This document shows positions 31,065-41,977 of a DNA stretch of 64,000 nt, one piece after another. Both the position numbers and the translations under genes were made by a program. This DNA is from an uncultured Actinomycetota bacterium. GTDB lineage: Bacteria; Actinomycetota; Actinomycetes; JACCUZ01. The DNA is taken from positions 206,498 to 270,497 of the forward strand of contig CAVYTH010000006.1 in assembly GCA_963771345.1 (NCBI GenBank), read 5' to 3'. The notes under the pieces were generated by a model. The model did not search any database, was not told the DNA's origin, and saw only the letters and a program-made list of their open reading frames with translations. How positions within the stretch are numbered: the stretch's first letter is position 1; every line of letters starts with the position of its first letter.

Positions 31065-32355
31065 TCAGGCGCCGGCGAGGAAGGCGCCGAGCGCGGCGGC
31101 CAGCGCGGCCAGGTCGTCGACGTGGCCGAGCTCGCGGGCCGAGTGCATCGACAGCAGCGGCGCGCCGACGTCGACGACCCGGATGCCGAGCCGGGCGGCG
31201 GTCAGCGGCCCGATCGTCGACCCGCACGGGATGGCGTTGCTCGACACGAACTCCTGGAACGGCACTCCCGCGCTGTCGCAGGACCGGGCCCACAGCGCCG
31301 CGCCGGCCGCGTCGGTGGCGTAGCGCTGGTTGGCGTTGAGCTTGAGCAACGGCCCGCCGCCGGGGACCGGCTGGTTGGCGGGGTCGTGCCGCTCCGGGTA
31401 GTTCGGGTGCACGGCGTGGCCGGCGTCCGACGACACGCACCACGACCCGGCGTACGCCTGCAGCTGCTGGGCGGGTGTGGCGCCGAGCCCGGCCGCGATG
31501 CGGGTGAGGACGTCGCCGAGCATCGGGCCGGACGCGCCGGACCGCGACACCGAGCCGAGCTCCTCGTGGTCGAAGGCGGCGAGCACGCTGATGTGGCCGG
31601 CGTCGGCTGTCGCGGCGTCGAGCAGCGCCCGCAGCCCGGCGTGCACCGAGGTCAGGTTGTCCATCCGGCCGGCGGCGAACAGCACGTCGCCCAGGCCGAA
31701 CCGTGGCCGGTGCCGCGGTGTCGGCGGTCAGGAGGTCGTAGCCCGCGACGTCGCCGCCGTCCAGGCCGGCGAGCGACGCGAGGTGCCCGAGCAGGTCGGC
31801 CTGCGTCGCGTCGCCGACGCCGAACACCGGTGTGGTGTGCCGCTGCTTGTCCAGCGTGAGCCCGTCGTTGACCGCGCGGTCGAGGTGGATCGCCAGCTGC
31901 GGGATGCGCAGGAACGGGCCGGTGCGCACCAGGTGCTCGGCGCCGGCCCGGGTGACGAGCCGGCCGGCCAGCTCGAGCTCGCGGTCCAGCCACGAGTTGA
32001 GCAGCGGGCCGCCGTACACCTCGACGCCGGCCTGCAGCCAGCCGTGCGAGCCGACCGTCGGCTGCGGCTTGAGCTTGAAGCCGGGGGAGTCGGTGTGCGC
32101 GCCGACGATGCGGAACGGCGTCGTCGGGCCGGCCGCCGCGGGCCGCACCCACGCGACCACGGAGCCGTCGCGCAGCACGAAGTGCCGGCCCGGCCCGTCG
32201 CCGACGGCGTCCCACTCGGACTCCTCGTCGAGCCGGGTGAAGCCGGCGGCCTCCAGCCGACGGGCCACCTCGGCCGCTGCGTGGTACGACGACGGGGCCG
32301 CGGTGATGAAGGCGGCGAGGTCGTCGACGTGCGCGGAGACGTCGGCCACGGTCAC
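31065..32355 (-). CDS. M18-family aminopeptidase (aspartyl aminopeptidase-like). Frame disruption near 31700.
   Basis: GTG start overlaps the methyltransferase stop (GTGTGA). N-terminus VADVSAHVDDLAAFITAAPSSYHAAAEVARRL...IVGAHTDSPGFKLKP. C-terminal part in the other frame: MLFAAGRMDNLTSVHAGLRALLDA...HPNYPERHD...SMHSARE. Confidence 0.75.
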
Positions 32356-33107
32356 ACCACCGGCTTCCGGGCGCGGGCGACCAGGCCGGGACCGGTGCCG
32401 GGGAAGGCGCGCTGCAGCTTGCGGAACGGCAGCGTGCCCAGCCGGGCGGCGGTCGCGGTCCAGGACGTCGAGGGCTGCAGGGTGCGGCCGCTCGCGTCGG
32501 AGCGCTCGGCCATCGACGCGGCCGATGCCGGTGCGGCCGGCGAGGCGAGCCGGCGCTTGCCGACCGCGTTGCGGCCGGCCTCGAGCAGGTAGCCCAGCGG
32601 CGCACCGAAGTGCACGAGCTCGATGTCGGTGAGGCCGACCTTGGCCAGCCGGTCGCGCAGCACCGGCGGGTCGTAGCGCCGGAAGTGCCCGACCATCTCG
32701 TCGGCCGGCCCGAACCGCTTCTGCCAGGCCGGCGTCGACAGCAGCAGCCAGCCACCGGGTCGCAGCCGCGAAGCCCAGCCGGCCAGCGCGTCGACGTCGT
32801 CCTCGATGTGCTCGATCACCTCGAAGGCCACCACCAGGTCGAACAGCTCGTCCGCACCGACCACCGACAGGTCGCCGTTGCGCACCTCGCCGCCGGCCGG
32901 TGCGACCCGCTGCTCGGCGACCGCGCACGAGATCGCGTCCGGCTCGACGCCGACGTACCGGTAGCGCTGCGCCAGCCGCGCCCCGAAGCCGCCCTGCCCG
33001 CAGCCGACCTCGAGCACGTCGAGGTGGCCGGGCGGCAGCAGCTGCTCGACGACCTCCCAGCGCAGCCAGGCGTTCGGGCTCAGCGGGGGCAGCACGGGGG
33101 CAGTCAT
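32352..33107 (-). CDS. Class I SAM-dependent methyltransferase
   Basis: Intact 251-aa ORF with motif I DVLEVGCGQGGFGARLAQR and motif II LVVAFEVIEHIED. Confidence 0.8.
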   Translation of the reverse strand: MTAPVLPPLSPNAWLRWEVVEQLLPPGHLDVLEVGCGQGGFGARLAQRYRYVGVEPDAISCAVAEQRVAPAGGEVRNGDLSVVGADELFDLVVAFEVIEHIEDDVDALAGWASRLRPGGWLLLSTPAWQKRFGPADEMVGHFRRYDPPVLRDRLAKVGLTDIELVHFGAPLGYLLEAGRNAVGKRRLASPAAPASAASMAERSDASGRTLQPSTSWTATAARLGTLPFRKLQRAFPGTGPGLVARARKPVV

Positions 33108-34237
33108 GCACGTAGTCCTCCGGGGTACGACGGCGAGCAGGCGTTCGTGCAGCGGCGGCCGTGACGGCGGCCGGGGTGAAGGCGGTCCGGGCGAGCTCGC
33201 CCGCGGCGGTGCGGGCCCGGGCCAGCCTCGCCGGGTCGGCAGCGAGCTCGCGCAGGGCGGTCGCCAGTGCGGCCGGGTCGCCGGCCGGGACGAGCACGGC
33301 GGCGTCGCCGAGCACCCGTCGCTGCGGCGCGGTGTCCGAGGTCAGCACCGCGCAACCGGCGGCCGCGCCCTGGAAGACCTTGTTCGGCACCACCCGCGAC
33401 GCCTTCGCTCCGGTGCCGAAGATGCCCAGGCACACGTCGTGCGCGGCCACCAGAGCCGGCAGCTCGGCGGGGGAGACCCAGTCGCGCCACCGCACGCGGT
33501 CGTTGCCGGCCGCGAGCGAGCGGGTCTCGTCCAGGTCCTGGCCGGAGCCGACCATGGTGACCTCGACCGCGTCCCCGGCCAGCGCCGCGAGGGCCGCGCC
33601 GATGACCGGTGCGCCCTGCAGCGGGGTGAACAGGCCGAAGAACACGGCACGCAGCGGGCCGGGCTCGGCGCGGCCTGCGCCTTCCCCGGCGTACCACGAC
33701 AGGGGTGCGCCCACCGGCACCACGAGCGCCCGCCGGCGGTGCAGCTCGGGCAGCTCGCGGCAGTGCTCCTCGGTGTCGACGACCACCAGGTCGGCGCTGC
33801 CCAGGGCGGCCGCGTCCAGGCGCGCGCAGCAGCCGCTGCCGCAGCCCGCCGGAGACGCCGCGGTCGGTCGCGGTGTCGCTGGCGCCGATCAGGTGGTCGA
33901 GGACGACGGGCACGTGCGGGAACAGCCGCCGGGCCAGCAGCACGTCGAAGTGCCCGAGGTAGCCGACCACGACGGCGTCCGGCCAGTTGTCGCCCCGCCG
34001 CAGCCGGCGGGACCGGACGACCAGGGTGCTCCAGCAGCGCAGCAGCCGCCAGGCCAGCAGCGGCAGCGTCCACGGCCGGCGCAGCATCGAGACCCGGGCC
34101 GCGGTGGACAGGCCGAGCGGGGCGTTGCACTCCTGCACGGTCGCGCCGTGCTCGCGCAGCCCGTCGCGCAGGACGGCAACCCGGGGGTGCGCCGCAGCGT
34201 CGTAGGTGCCGAAGAACAGGAGGCGCATCGCGGGCAA
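33105..34237 (-). CDS. GT-B fold glycosyltransferase (GT4/GT1-like). At least one or two frame disruptions (~33790, ~33115).
   Basis: N-terminus MPAMRLLFFGTYDAAAHPRVAVLRDGL.... The C-terminal half in another frame: VVDTEEHCRELPELHRRRALVVPVG...LRAVFFGLFTPLQGAPVIGAALAAL...NKVFQGAAAGCAVLTSD. The stop probably overlaps the methyltransferase ATG (ATGA at 33104-33107). Confidence 0.6.
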
Positions 34238-34251
34238 CCCTAGTAGCGGCG

Positions 34252-34310
34252 TCGAGTGGCGCGTTCATACAGGTTCCAGCGTCCAGAATCGGTGGGAACG
34301 CGCCACTCAA
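34252..34310. repeat. 59-nt palindromic intergenic element, copy A. Its terminal inverted repeats are TCGAGTGGCGCGTT and AACGCGCCACTCAA.
   Basis: Shares identical 14/15-nt termini and an internal CTGGAACCTGT core with copy B at 61673-61731, in the opposite orientation. It lies in the divergent promoter gap between the GT gene (-) and the SpoIID-domain gene (+). Confidence 0.6.
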
Positions 34311-34387
34311 GGGTGGAGAGCGGGCTCTGCACCTACAGTGGTGCGGTGCCGACGTCCCACCAGCCCCACCCGCCCCGCGCTGCCGGA

Positions 34388-36464
34388 GTGCTGCGCGCGC
34401 CCGGGCGGCTGGTGCTCGCCCTCGCGCTGGCCGTCCCCGCGCTCGTGCTCGGCCCCGGCGCTGCCCAGGCCGCCGACTGCCCGCCCTCCGGCGGTGCGAC
34501 GATCCCGCCGGCCACCGCGCCGGGCGATGTCGTGTTCCGCGGCGGCGGCTGGGGCCACGGCCTCGGCATGAGCCAGTACGGCGCCCAGGGTGCCGCCAAG
34601 CTCGGCTGCTCGGCCGACCAGATCCTCACCCGCTACTACGCCGGTACGTCGGTCGTCGCCCGCGAGATGCCCGGCAACGTCCGGGTCCGGATGCTCGACA
34701 ACGGCTACCGGGTCGACGTCGAGGCGGTCCAGGGCGGCCTGACCTGGGTGCTGCCCGGCTGCGTCGTCCCGCCGCCACCGGCGACGCCCGCACCGTCGCC
34801 GCCGCCGACCGACCCCGCCGCCACCCCGACGCCGACGCCGACACCGACCGCGATCCGCCCCGGCCTGCCCGCCGGCCCAGCCGCAGGGCACCCGCTGGCA
34901 GCTGAAGCTCGACGACGCGACGCACAGCCACTTCGTGCTGTGGGACGTCGAGGCGACGCCCCGGAAGGTGGTCTGGGAGGGCGGCTCGGCCGACGTCCCG
35001 CTGCGGCTGCAGCAGTCCGGCTCGGTCGCCCGGCTCACCACCTGGCGCGGCTCGTCGATCTACCTGGACCGCTGGGTCCGCTGGGACTGGACGAAGTTCA
35101 CCGTCGACGGCGCACTGATCGACGGCGTGCAGCAGATCGACACCACCGACAACGGCTCGGCCATGGACAAGTACCTGTGGGGCATCGCCGAGGTGCCGGC
35201 GTCGTTCCCGGCCGCTGCCCTGCAGGCGCAGGCCATCGCGGCGCGCACCTTCGCGGTCAAGCGGACCGGGCGGGTCCTGATGCCGACCCCGACCGACCAG
35301 AACTGGACCGGCTGGAAGAAGGAGAGCGAGGGCCCGGACGGCAGCTGGGGGCGGACCTGGATGGCCGCGGTCAACTCGACCTCCGGCAAGGTCATCGCCG
35401 ACGCCGCCACCGGCACCCTGATCGACGCCTTCTACTCCTCCTCGATGGGCGGGCACACCGAGGACGAGCGGTACGTCTGGGGGGTCGAGGCACCGTTCCT
35501 GCGGGCCGTCGACGACTCGGCGTGGGACGCAGCATCGAGCAACCCGGCCGAGAAGCGGTCCTGGGCCGTCGGCTTCTCCTGGTCGACCCTCGCCTCGAAG
35601 CTCGGCTTCTCGAGCATCAGCACCATCTCGGTGCCGCCGCGCGGTGCCGCCGCCCGCACCGGCGGCGTCAAGGTGGTCGGCATCAAGGCCGGCAAGCTCA
35701 CGACGTCGTACGTCGAGGGCTGGGACGTCCGCGAGGCGCTCGGCCTGCTCTCACCCGGCTTCACGATCGCGATGCGACGGACCGGTGGGGCAGCTGCCCG
35801 GCCGCTGGTCGGTGACTGGAACGGCGACGGCCGCGACCAGCTCGGCTGGTGGAAGGACGGCCAGGTCGCGCTGCAGATGACCAGCAAGTCCGGCGGCTGG
35901 GTCAAGCGGTTCCGCTACGGCACCAAGGGCGACGTCCCGGTCGTCGGCGACTGGGACGGCGACGGCGACGACGACCTCGGGGTGTTCCGCTCGGGCAGCT
36001 GGCTGCTGCGGACCGGGCTCACCGGCGGGACGCCGACCCGCACCGTGCGCCTCGGCCGGGCCGGCGACGTCCCGGTGGTGGGCTCCTGGACCGGCAAGAA
36101 GCAGGGCATCGGTGTGGTGCGCGGCCGGACCTGGCTGCTGCGCCGCACCGTCACCTCGGGTGCCGCCCAGGTCCGGTTCCGTTACGGGAAGGTCGGCGAC
36201 ACCGCCGTCGCCGGCTCCTGGACCGGCGGGCCGCGCAGTGGCATCGGAGTAGTTCGTGACGGTCAGTGGTTGCTCCGTAACCGGCGTTCCGCCGGGCGGG
36301 CGAACACCGTTCTGGGCTACGGCCTGCCGACCGACCGTGCCGTCGTGGGCGACTGGGACGGCGACGGAACGAGCACCCCGGCCGTCGTCCGGGGCCGCCA
36401 GTTCCTGGTCCGCGCATCGCTGGAACCGACGGCCGGCACACGCACCCTGACGTTCCGCGGCTGA
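34388..36464 (+). CDS. Secreted SpoIID/LytB-domain protein with C-terminal FG-GAP-like (VGDWxGDG) repeats. Frame disruption near 34880.
   Basis: Signal peptide MLRAPGRLVLALALAVPALVLGPGAAQA. SpoIID motifs RGGGWGHGLGMSQYGAQGAA and AQAIAARTFA. Then six or more repeats of ...VVGDW(D/N/T)GDG.... Confidence 0.75.
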
Positions 36465-36559
36465 GTCGAATCGGTTGCTTGCGCACAACCTTCGTGGGGG
36501 TGCCCTCGCGGCGTCTCCTCCCGGCGTAGGCTGCGAGGAGTTGTCCATGCAAAGGAGTG

Positions 36560-37730
36560 ATGTCGCCAGTGTCACCTGACTCGTCGGGAGCCCCACGGGT
36601 GCTCCTCGACGCGACCGCGGTGCCCGCCGACCGCGGTGGGGTCGGGCGGTACGTCGACGGTCTGGTCTGCGCACTGGCGGCTTCCGGGCAAGAGATCGTG
36701 GTCGTCTGCCAGCGCTCGGACGCCGAGCGGTTCCACCGGCTCGCGGACGAGGCCGAGATCGTGCCGGGTCCGTCTGCCATCGCGCACCGGCCGGCGCGGT
36801 TGGCGTGGGAGCAGACCGGGCTGCCGCTGGTCGCCCAGCAGGTGGGCGCCGACCTGATCCACTCGCCGTACTACACGATGCCGCTGCACGCGCAGGTGCC
36901 GGTGGTGGTCACCGTGCACGACGTCACGTTCTTCTCCGAGCCCGAGCTGCACAGCGCCCTGAAGACCGGCTTCTACCGGTCGGCCACCCGCACCGCGGTA
37001 CGCCGCGCCAGCCGGGTCATCGTGCCCTCGCAGGCGACCCGCGACGAGCTGGTCCGGCTGCTCGACGCCGACGCCGACCGGATCGACGTCGCCCGGCACG
37101 GCGTCGACACCAACGTCTTCCGGCCGCCGTCGGAGTCCGAGACGCCGCCGCGTCAACGACCGGCTCGGCCTGCACGGCCGGCCGTACGTCGCGTTCCTCG
37201 GCGTCCTCGAGCGCCGCAAGAACGTCCCCGACCTGGTCCGCGGCTGGGTCAAGGCCGTCGACGGCATGGCCGACCCGCCGGCCCTGGTGCTCGCCGGCAG
37301 CAGCGGCTGGGACGACGGGGTCGACCAGGCCGTCGCCGAGGTGCCGCCGCAGCTGAAGATCGTGCGCACCGGCTTCATGCGCCCGGCCGACCTGCCCGGC
37401 CTGCTCGGCGGCGCGATGGTCGTCGCGTACCCGAGCAAGGCCGAGGGCTTCGGCCTGCCGGTGCTCGAGGCGATGGCCTGCGGCGCCGCGGTGCTCACCG
37501 CCCGCCGCCTGTCGCTGCCGGAGGTCGGCGGCGACGCGGTCGCCTACACCGAGCCGGACGCCGACAGCATCGGCAAGGCGCTGCGCGAGCTGATCGACGA
37601 CGAGGCGCGTCGGGCTCAGCTGTCGCAGCGCGGTGTCGAGCGGGCCCGCGAGTTCACCTGGGAGGCATCCGCGGCGGCGCACCTCGCGACGTACGCGCGG
37701 GCCGCCGGCGCGGTCGACCTCGTACGCTGA
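36560..37730 (+). CDS. Glycosyltransferase family 4. Frame disruption near 37145.
   Basis: RBS AAAGGAG directly upstream. N-terminal GT-B half (RVLLDATAVPADRGGVGRYV...). The C-terminal half in the +1 frame has AEGFGLPVLEAMACGAAVLT. Confidence 0.75.
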
Positions 37731-37767
37731 CGACTCCGCGCACCGGACCGGAAGGCTGACCGTACGA

Positions 37768-38850
37768 ATGACCGAGGCCGTGCTGCTCGTCGGCGGCAAG
37801 GGCACCCGGCTGCGGCCGCTGACGGTGCACACGCCCAAGCCGATGCTGCCCACCGCCGGCGTGCCGTTCCTGCACCACGTGCTGTCGAAGGCGCGCGCGG
37901 CCGGCATCGACCACGTCGTGCTGGCGACCTCCTACCGGCCCGAGGTCTTCCGCGACGGCATCGGTGACGGCTCGGCGCTCGGGCTGCGGGTCGACTACGT
38001 CACCGAGGACGAGCCGATGGGGACCGGCGGCGGCATCCGCAACGTCGCGGACCTGCTCGAGAGCGGACCCGACGACCCGGTCGTCATCCTCAACGGCGAC
38101 ATCCTGTCCGGCCACGACCTGGAGAAGCAGATCGCGGACCACCAGGACAGCGGCGCGGAGGTGACGCTGCACCTCACCGAGGTCGAGGACGCGCGGCCGT
38201 TCGGCTGCGTGCCGTGCGACCCCGACGGCCGGGTGACCGCGTTCCTGGAGAAGATGGACCAGCCGGTGACCAACCGGATCAACGCCGGCTGCTACGTGTT
38301 CCGGCGCGCGGTGATCGACGCGATCCCGGCGGACCGGCCGGTGTCGGTCGAGCGGGAGACCTTCCCCGGGCTGGTGGCGTCGGGTGCGCTGGTGCTCGGG
38401 CACGTCGACGCCGCGTACTGGCTCGACCTCGGGACGCCGGCGGCCTACGTCCGCGGCTCCCGCGACCTCGTGCTCGGCGCCCTGGAGTCGCCGGCCCTGC
38501 CCGGCCCGGTCGGGGAGTCGCTGCGGCTGGACGGCGCGCGTGTCGCCGACGACGCCGTGGTCCGCGGCGGGACGACGGTCGGCGCGAGGGCGTCGGTCGG
38601 CGCCGGCGCGACGGTCGAGGGCAGCGTGCTGCTCGACGACGCCGTCGTGGGTGCCGGCGCGACGGTCCGCGACTCGGTCGTCGGCCGCGGCGCGCGGGTC
38701 GGGGACGGCGTGGTGCTCGACGGGGTCGTCGTGGGTGACGGCGCCGACGTGGGCGAGGGCAACGAGCTCGCCGCGGGCGCCCGGGTCTGGGTCGACGCCC
38801 GCATCCCGCCGTACGCGATCCGCTTCACCCCCGACATCGCCCAGGGCTGA
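37768..38850 (+). CDS. Mannose-1-phosphate guanylyltransferase (GDP-mannose pyrophosphorylase)
   Basis: LLVGGKGTRLRPLT nucleotidyltransferase motif plus a C-terminal left-handed beta-helix hexapeptide region. Intact. This is the same neighbourhood as M. tuberculosis Rv3264c. Confidence 0.85.
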   Translation: MTEAVLLVGGKGTRLRPLTVHTPKPMLPTAGVPFLHHVLSKARAAGIDHVVLATSYRPEVFRDGIGDGSALGLRVDYVTEDEPMGTGGGIRNVADLLESGPDDPVVILNGDILSGHDLEKQIADHQDSGAEVTLHLTEVEDARPFGCVPCDPDGRVTAFLEKMDQPVTNRINAGCYVFRRAVIDAIPADRPVSVERETFPGLVASGALVLGHVDAAYWLDLGTPAAYVRGSRDLVLGALESPALPGPVGESLRLDGARVADDAVVRGGTTVGARASVGAGATVEGSVLLDDAVVGAGATVRDSVVGRGARVGDGVVLDGVVVGDGADVGEGNELAAGARVWVDARIPPYAIRFTPDIAQG

Positions 38851-38892
38851 CCGCCGCCGGGGCAAGCCCCGGCGGCGGTGGCTCCGCGTTGG

Positions 38893-39610
38893 CTAGGCGG
38901 CGTTCGGCTCGGGCGAGTCGCTGGCCGGGAAGTCGTCGATGAAGTCCTGGACGACGGCGCCGCTGACCTTGCCGCACAGCTGGACGTGGCCGGCCGTCGG
39001 CGCCCCAGTGCGAGATGCCGATGTGCTTGCCGCTCGGGAAGTCGCCGTACGCGTCGTCCCAGGCCGACACGATGAACTTGCCGGTCGGGCCGGCGGCGTC
39101 CTCGGTGCGCGCCCGGGTGGCGATGTCCTCCAGCTCCTCGAGCTCGGCGCCCTTGATGGTGTCGTCGTACCAGACGATCGTGTAGCCGTGCTCGAGGTTG
39201 TGGACGAGCTGCTCCATCTCGGGCCGGTCCCGCGCGGTGTAGAACTCGCGCGCCGGGAACGCCGGCTGGCCCCAGTGCGGGCCGAACGACGGCGGCACGG
39301 TGTCGTACTCCTCGACGGTGCCGTCCGCGACGTGCTTGCCCACGTTGTCGCCGGCGTCGTTGGTCTCCACGTCGTCGCAGCTCGCGTTCGCGGCCGACAC
39401 CCCGAACGAGGACAGCGCCTTGTTGACCGGGTCGTTGCGGGAGTTGAGGTACGACGGGATCGCGACGGCCGCGATCAGCGCGACGCCCACCACGACAGCG
39501 AGCAGGACGAAGAGCATGCTCTTGCGACGCTCGCGGGCCTGCTCGGCCTTGCGCATCTCTTCGACCTTGGCGCGGCGGTCCCGCTCTACCTGCTTGGGCT
39601 TGTTGGCCAC
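38893..39610 (-). CDS. DUF3105-domain membrane-anchored protein. Frame disruption near 38995.
   Basis: GTG start with an AGGAAGGG RBS. Lys/Arg-rich N-terminus, one TM helix, then a DUF3105-like region (...HNLEHGYTIVWYDDT...ISHWGADG). The C-terminus in the other frame is ...HVQLCGKVSGAVVQDFIDDFPASDSPEPNAA*. Confidence 0.6.
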
Positions 39611-39712
39611 GAGCGTCTTCGGCCCTTCCTGATCTGCGGCATGCGGAGTTCCTGCACGGAACCTGACGGAGTAGACGGCGACTCTACCGAGGCCACCTGT
39701 GAGACTGACGTC

Positions 39713-40660
39713 GTGACCAGCGGTGAGGTTCCCGACGCGCCGCGCGAGCGCCGGTGGGCGCCCGGCCGGCCGGTCGACCTCGGCGCCACGCTCGGCCCGA
39801 TGCGGCGGGGCAGCGGCGACCCCACCTTCCGGTACGACGGCACCGGCGGCGGGCTCTGGCGCGGCACCCGCACGCCGGACGGCCCGGCGACGCTGCGCCT
39901 CGCGGTGCGCCCGGCGGACGGCGAGGTCGTCGGCACCGCCTGGGGCCCGGGCGCCGCCTGGGTGCTCGACCGGCTGCCCGCCCTGCTCGGCGCCGACGAC
40001 GACCCCAGCGGCTTCGCGCCGACGCACCCGGTGCTGCGCGACGTCTGGCGGTCCCGACCGGGCTGGCGGGTGCCGGCGTCCGGGCGGGTGCTGGAGGCGC
40101 TGGTGCCCGCAGTGCTCGAGCAGAAGGTCACCGGCCGGGAGGCGTGGCGCGCCTGGCGCGGGCTGGTCCGGAAGCACGGCGACCCGGCACCCGGTCCGGC
40201 CGGCCTGGTCCCCGACGGTCTGCTGGTCGCACCGGACGGCCCGACCTGGGCGCGCATCCCGTCCTGGGACTGGCACCGCGCCGGCGTCGACCTGTCCAGG
40301 TCGCGCACCTCGGTCACCGCCGCCGGTCGCGCCGGCCGGCTGGAGGCGCTGGCCGAGCGACCGCCCGCCGCGGCCGCGACCGCCCTGCGCAGCCTGCCCG
40401 GCATCGGCGTGTGGACCGCCGCCGAGGTCGCGCAGCGCGCCTTCGGTGACGCCGACGCGGTCTCGGTCGGTGACTTCCACCTGGCGTCGCAGGTCGGCTG
40501 GGCACTGGTCGGCGAGAAGGTCGACGACGACGCGATGCTCGAGCTGCTCGAGCCCTACCGCGGCCACCGGTACCGCGTGCAGCGGCTGGTCGAGCTCGTC
40601 CGGCTGGCCCCGCCGCGACGCGGCCCGCGGTTCGCCGGGGTCGACTACCGCGCGATGTGA
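39713..40660 (+). CDS. DNA-3-methyladenine glycosylase II family (AlkA-like, HhH-GPD) protein
   Basis: Intact 315-aa ORF with the HhH-GPD region LRSLPGIGVWTAAEVAQRAFGDADAVSVGDFHL. Confidence 0.75.
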   Translation: MTSGEVPDAPRERRWAPGRPVDLGATLGPMRRGSGDPTFRYDGTGGGLWRGTRTPDGPATLRLAVRPADGEVVGTAWGPGAAWVLDRLPALLGADDDPSGFAPTHPVLRDVWRSRPGWRVPASGRVLEALVPAVLEQKVTGREAWRAWRGLVRKHGDPAPGPAGLVPDGLLVAPDGPTWARIPSWDWHRAGVDLSRSRTSVTAAGRAGRLEALAERPPAAAATALRSLPGIGVWTAAEVAQRAFGDADAVSVGDFHLASQVGWALVGEKVDDDAMLELLEPYRGHRYRVQRLVELVRLAPPRRGPRFAGVDYRAM

Positions 40661-40670
40661 CGGGCGGCCG

Positions 40671-41977
40671 TCAGCGCTGCAGCAGGAACGTCGTCCGGGT
40701 CGCGCGGCGGCCGGTCCGGTGCCGGTGCCGCCGGGTGCCCGACCGCCACGGCGCCCATCGGCTCCCAGTCCGTCGGGCAGGTCCAGCGCGCTGACGCACC
40801 ACGTCGCGGCAGAACATCGTGCTGCTCACCCACGCCGACCCGAGCCCTTCGACCGCGAGGGCGACCAGCAGGTTCTCGACGCCGGCGCCCATCGCGACGA
40901 GGAACATCTCCCGCTCGGCCGTCGACGCGCCGCGCGTCGGGGTAGTCGTGCATCCCGTCGCCGACCAGGCACGGCACGACCAGGGACGGCGCCCCGCGCA
41001 GCACCTCGCCGCGCCGGGTCCGCTTGGCGATCTGCTCGTCGGTGAAGCCGTCCCGTCGCAGGTCGGCCACCCACGCAGCGAGCATCGCGTCGAGCAGCGA
41101 CCGGCGTACCTCGGGATCGTCGACGACGACGAACCGCCACGGGGTGGTGTGGTGCGGCGCCGGGGCGGTGACGGCCGCCGCCACCGCCCGCCGCAGCGCC
41201 GCGGGGTCGACCGGCTCGTCGGTGAACGCGCGGACGGTACGCCGGGCCGCCACCACCTCGTGCGAGCCCAGCCGGAACAGGTCGTCCTCGGCCGGGCGCA
41301 CCAGCGCCGCGGCACCCGGCCCGTCCTCGCGGGTGGTGCGTGCGGCGAGCCCGCGCACCACCGCGAACGGGCGGCGGCCGAGCTTGCCCTTCACCAGGTC
41401 CGCCGCCGAGGCCACCTCGTCGGCCACCGCCGGCTCGGTGACCTGCAGGACGTTGCCGTGCCCGTCGTCGCGGCCGCGCAGGTCGTCCAGCGGCGGGAGG
41501 CCCGGCGACGCCGATGGCCAGGTCGATCTGGCCGGTGCGCCAGGCCGGCCCACGGTGTCGGTCACCAGGACGGCGACGTCGACGCCGGCCACCTCGAGCA
41601 GCCGGGACCGCAGCGCGCGGGCCGAGGCGTCCGGGTCGACGGGCAGCAGCAGCACGCGTGCCCGGCTGCGGTGTTGGTGGCGTCGACCCCGGCCGCGGCG
41701 AGCACGAAGCCCGTGCCGGGTCTCGACGATCCGGGTCGGTCCGCGGCGCGCCACCACCCGGACGGTCTCGGACGTGATGGCCGCCTCGCGGTCGACCGCG
41801 CACGACGCGGCCCTCGGCCTTGGACACGATCTTCGACGTCACCACGACGACGTCGCCGTCGGCCAGCGCGAAGTCCTCGGCCGGCCAGGCGCGGCGAGGA
41901 GCACGGTCGCGAGGTCGTCGCCGGCCGCGACCTCGGGGACGCCGTCCGGCGCCCAGACCAGCAGCGACCCGCGTCAT
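40671..41977 (-). CDS. fbiB: Bifunctional F420 biosynthesis protein FbiB (CofE gamma-glutamyl ligase plus a nitroreductase-like domain). At least four frame disruptions.
   Basis: CofE region [25 protein letters not shown]...[18 protein letters not shown]...[22 protein letters not shown]. Nitroreductase-like region [14 protein letters not shown]...TPWRFVVV...[34 protein letters not shown]. The ATG immediately follows the fbiA stop. Confidence 0.75.
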
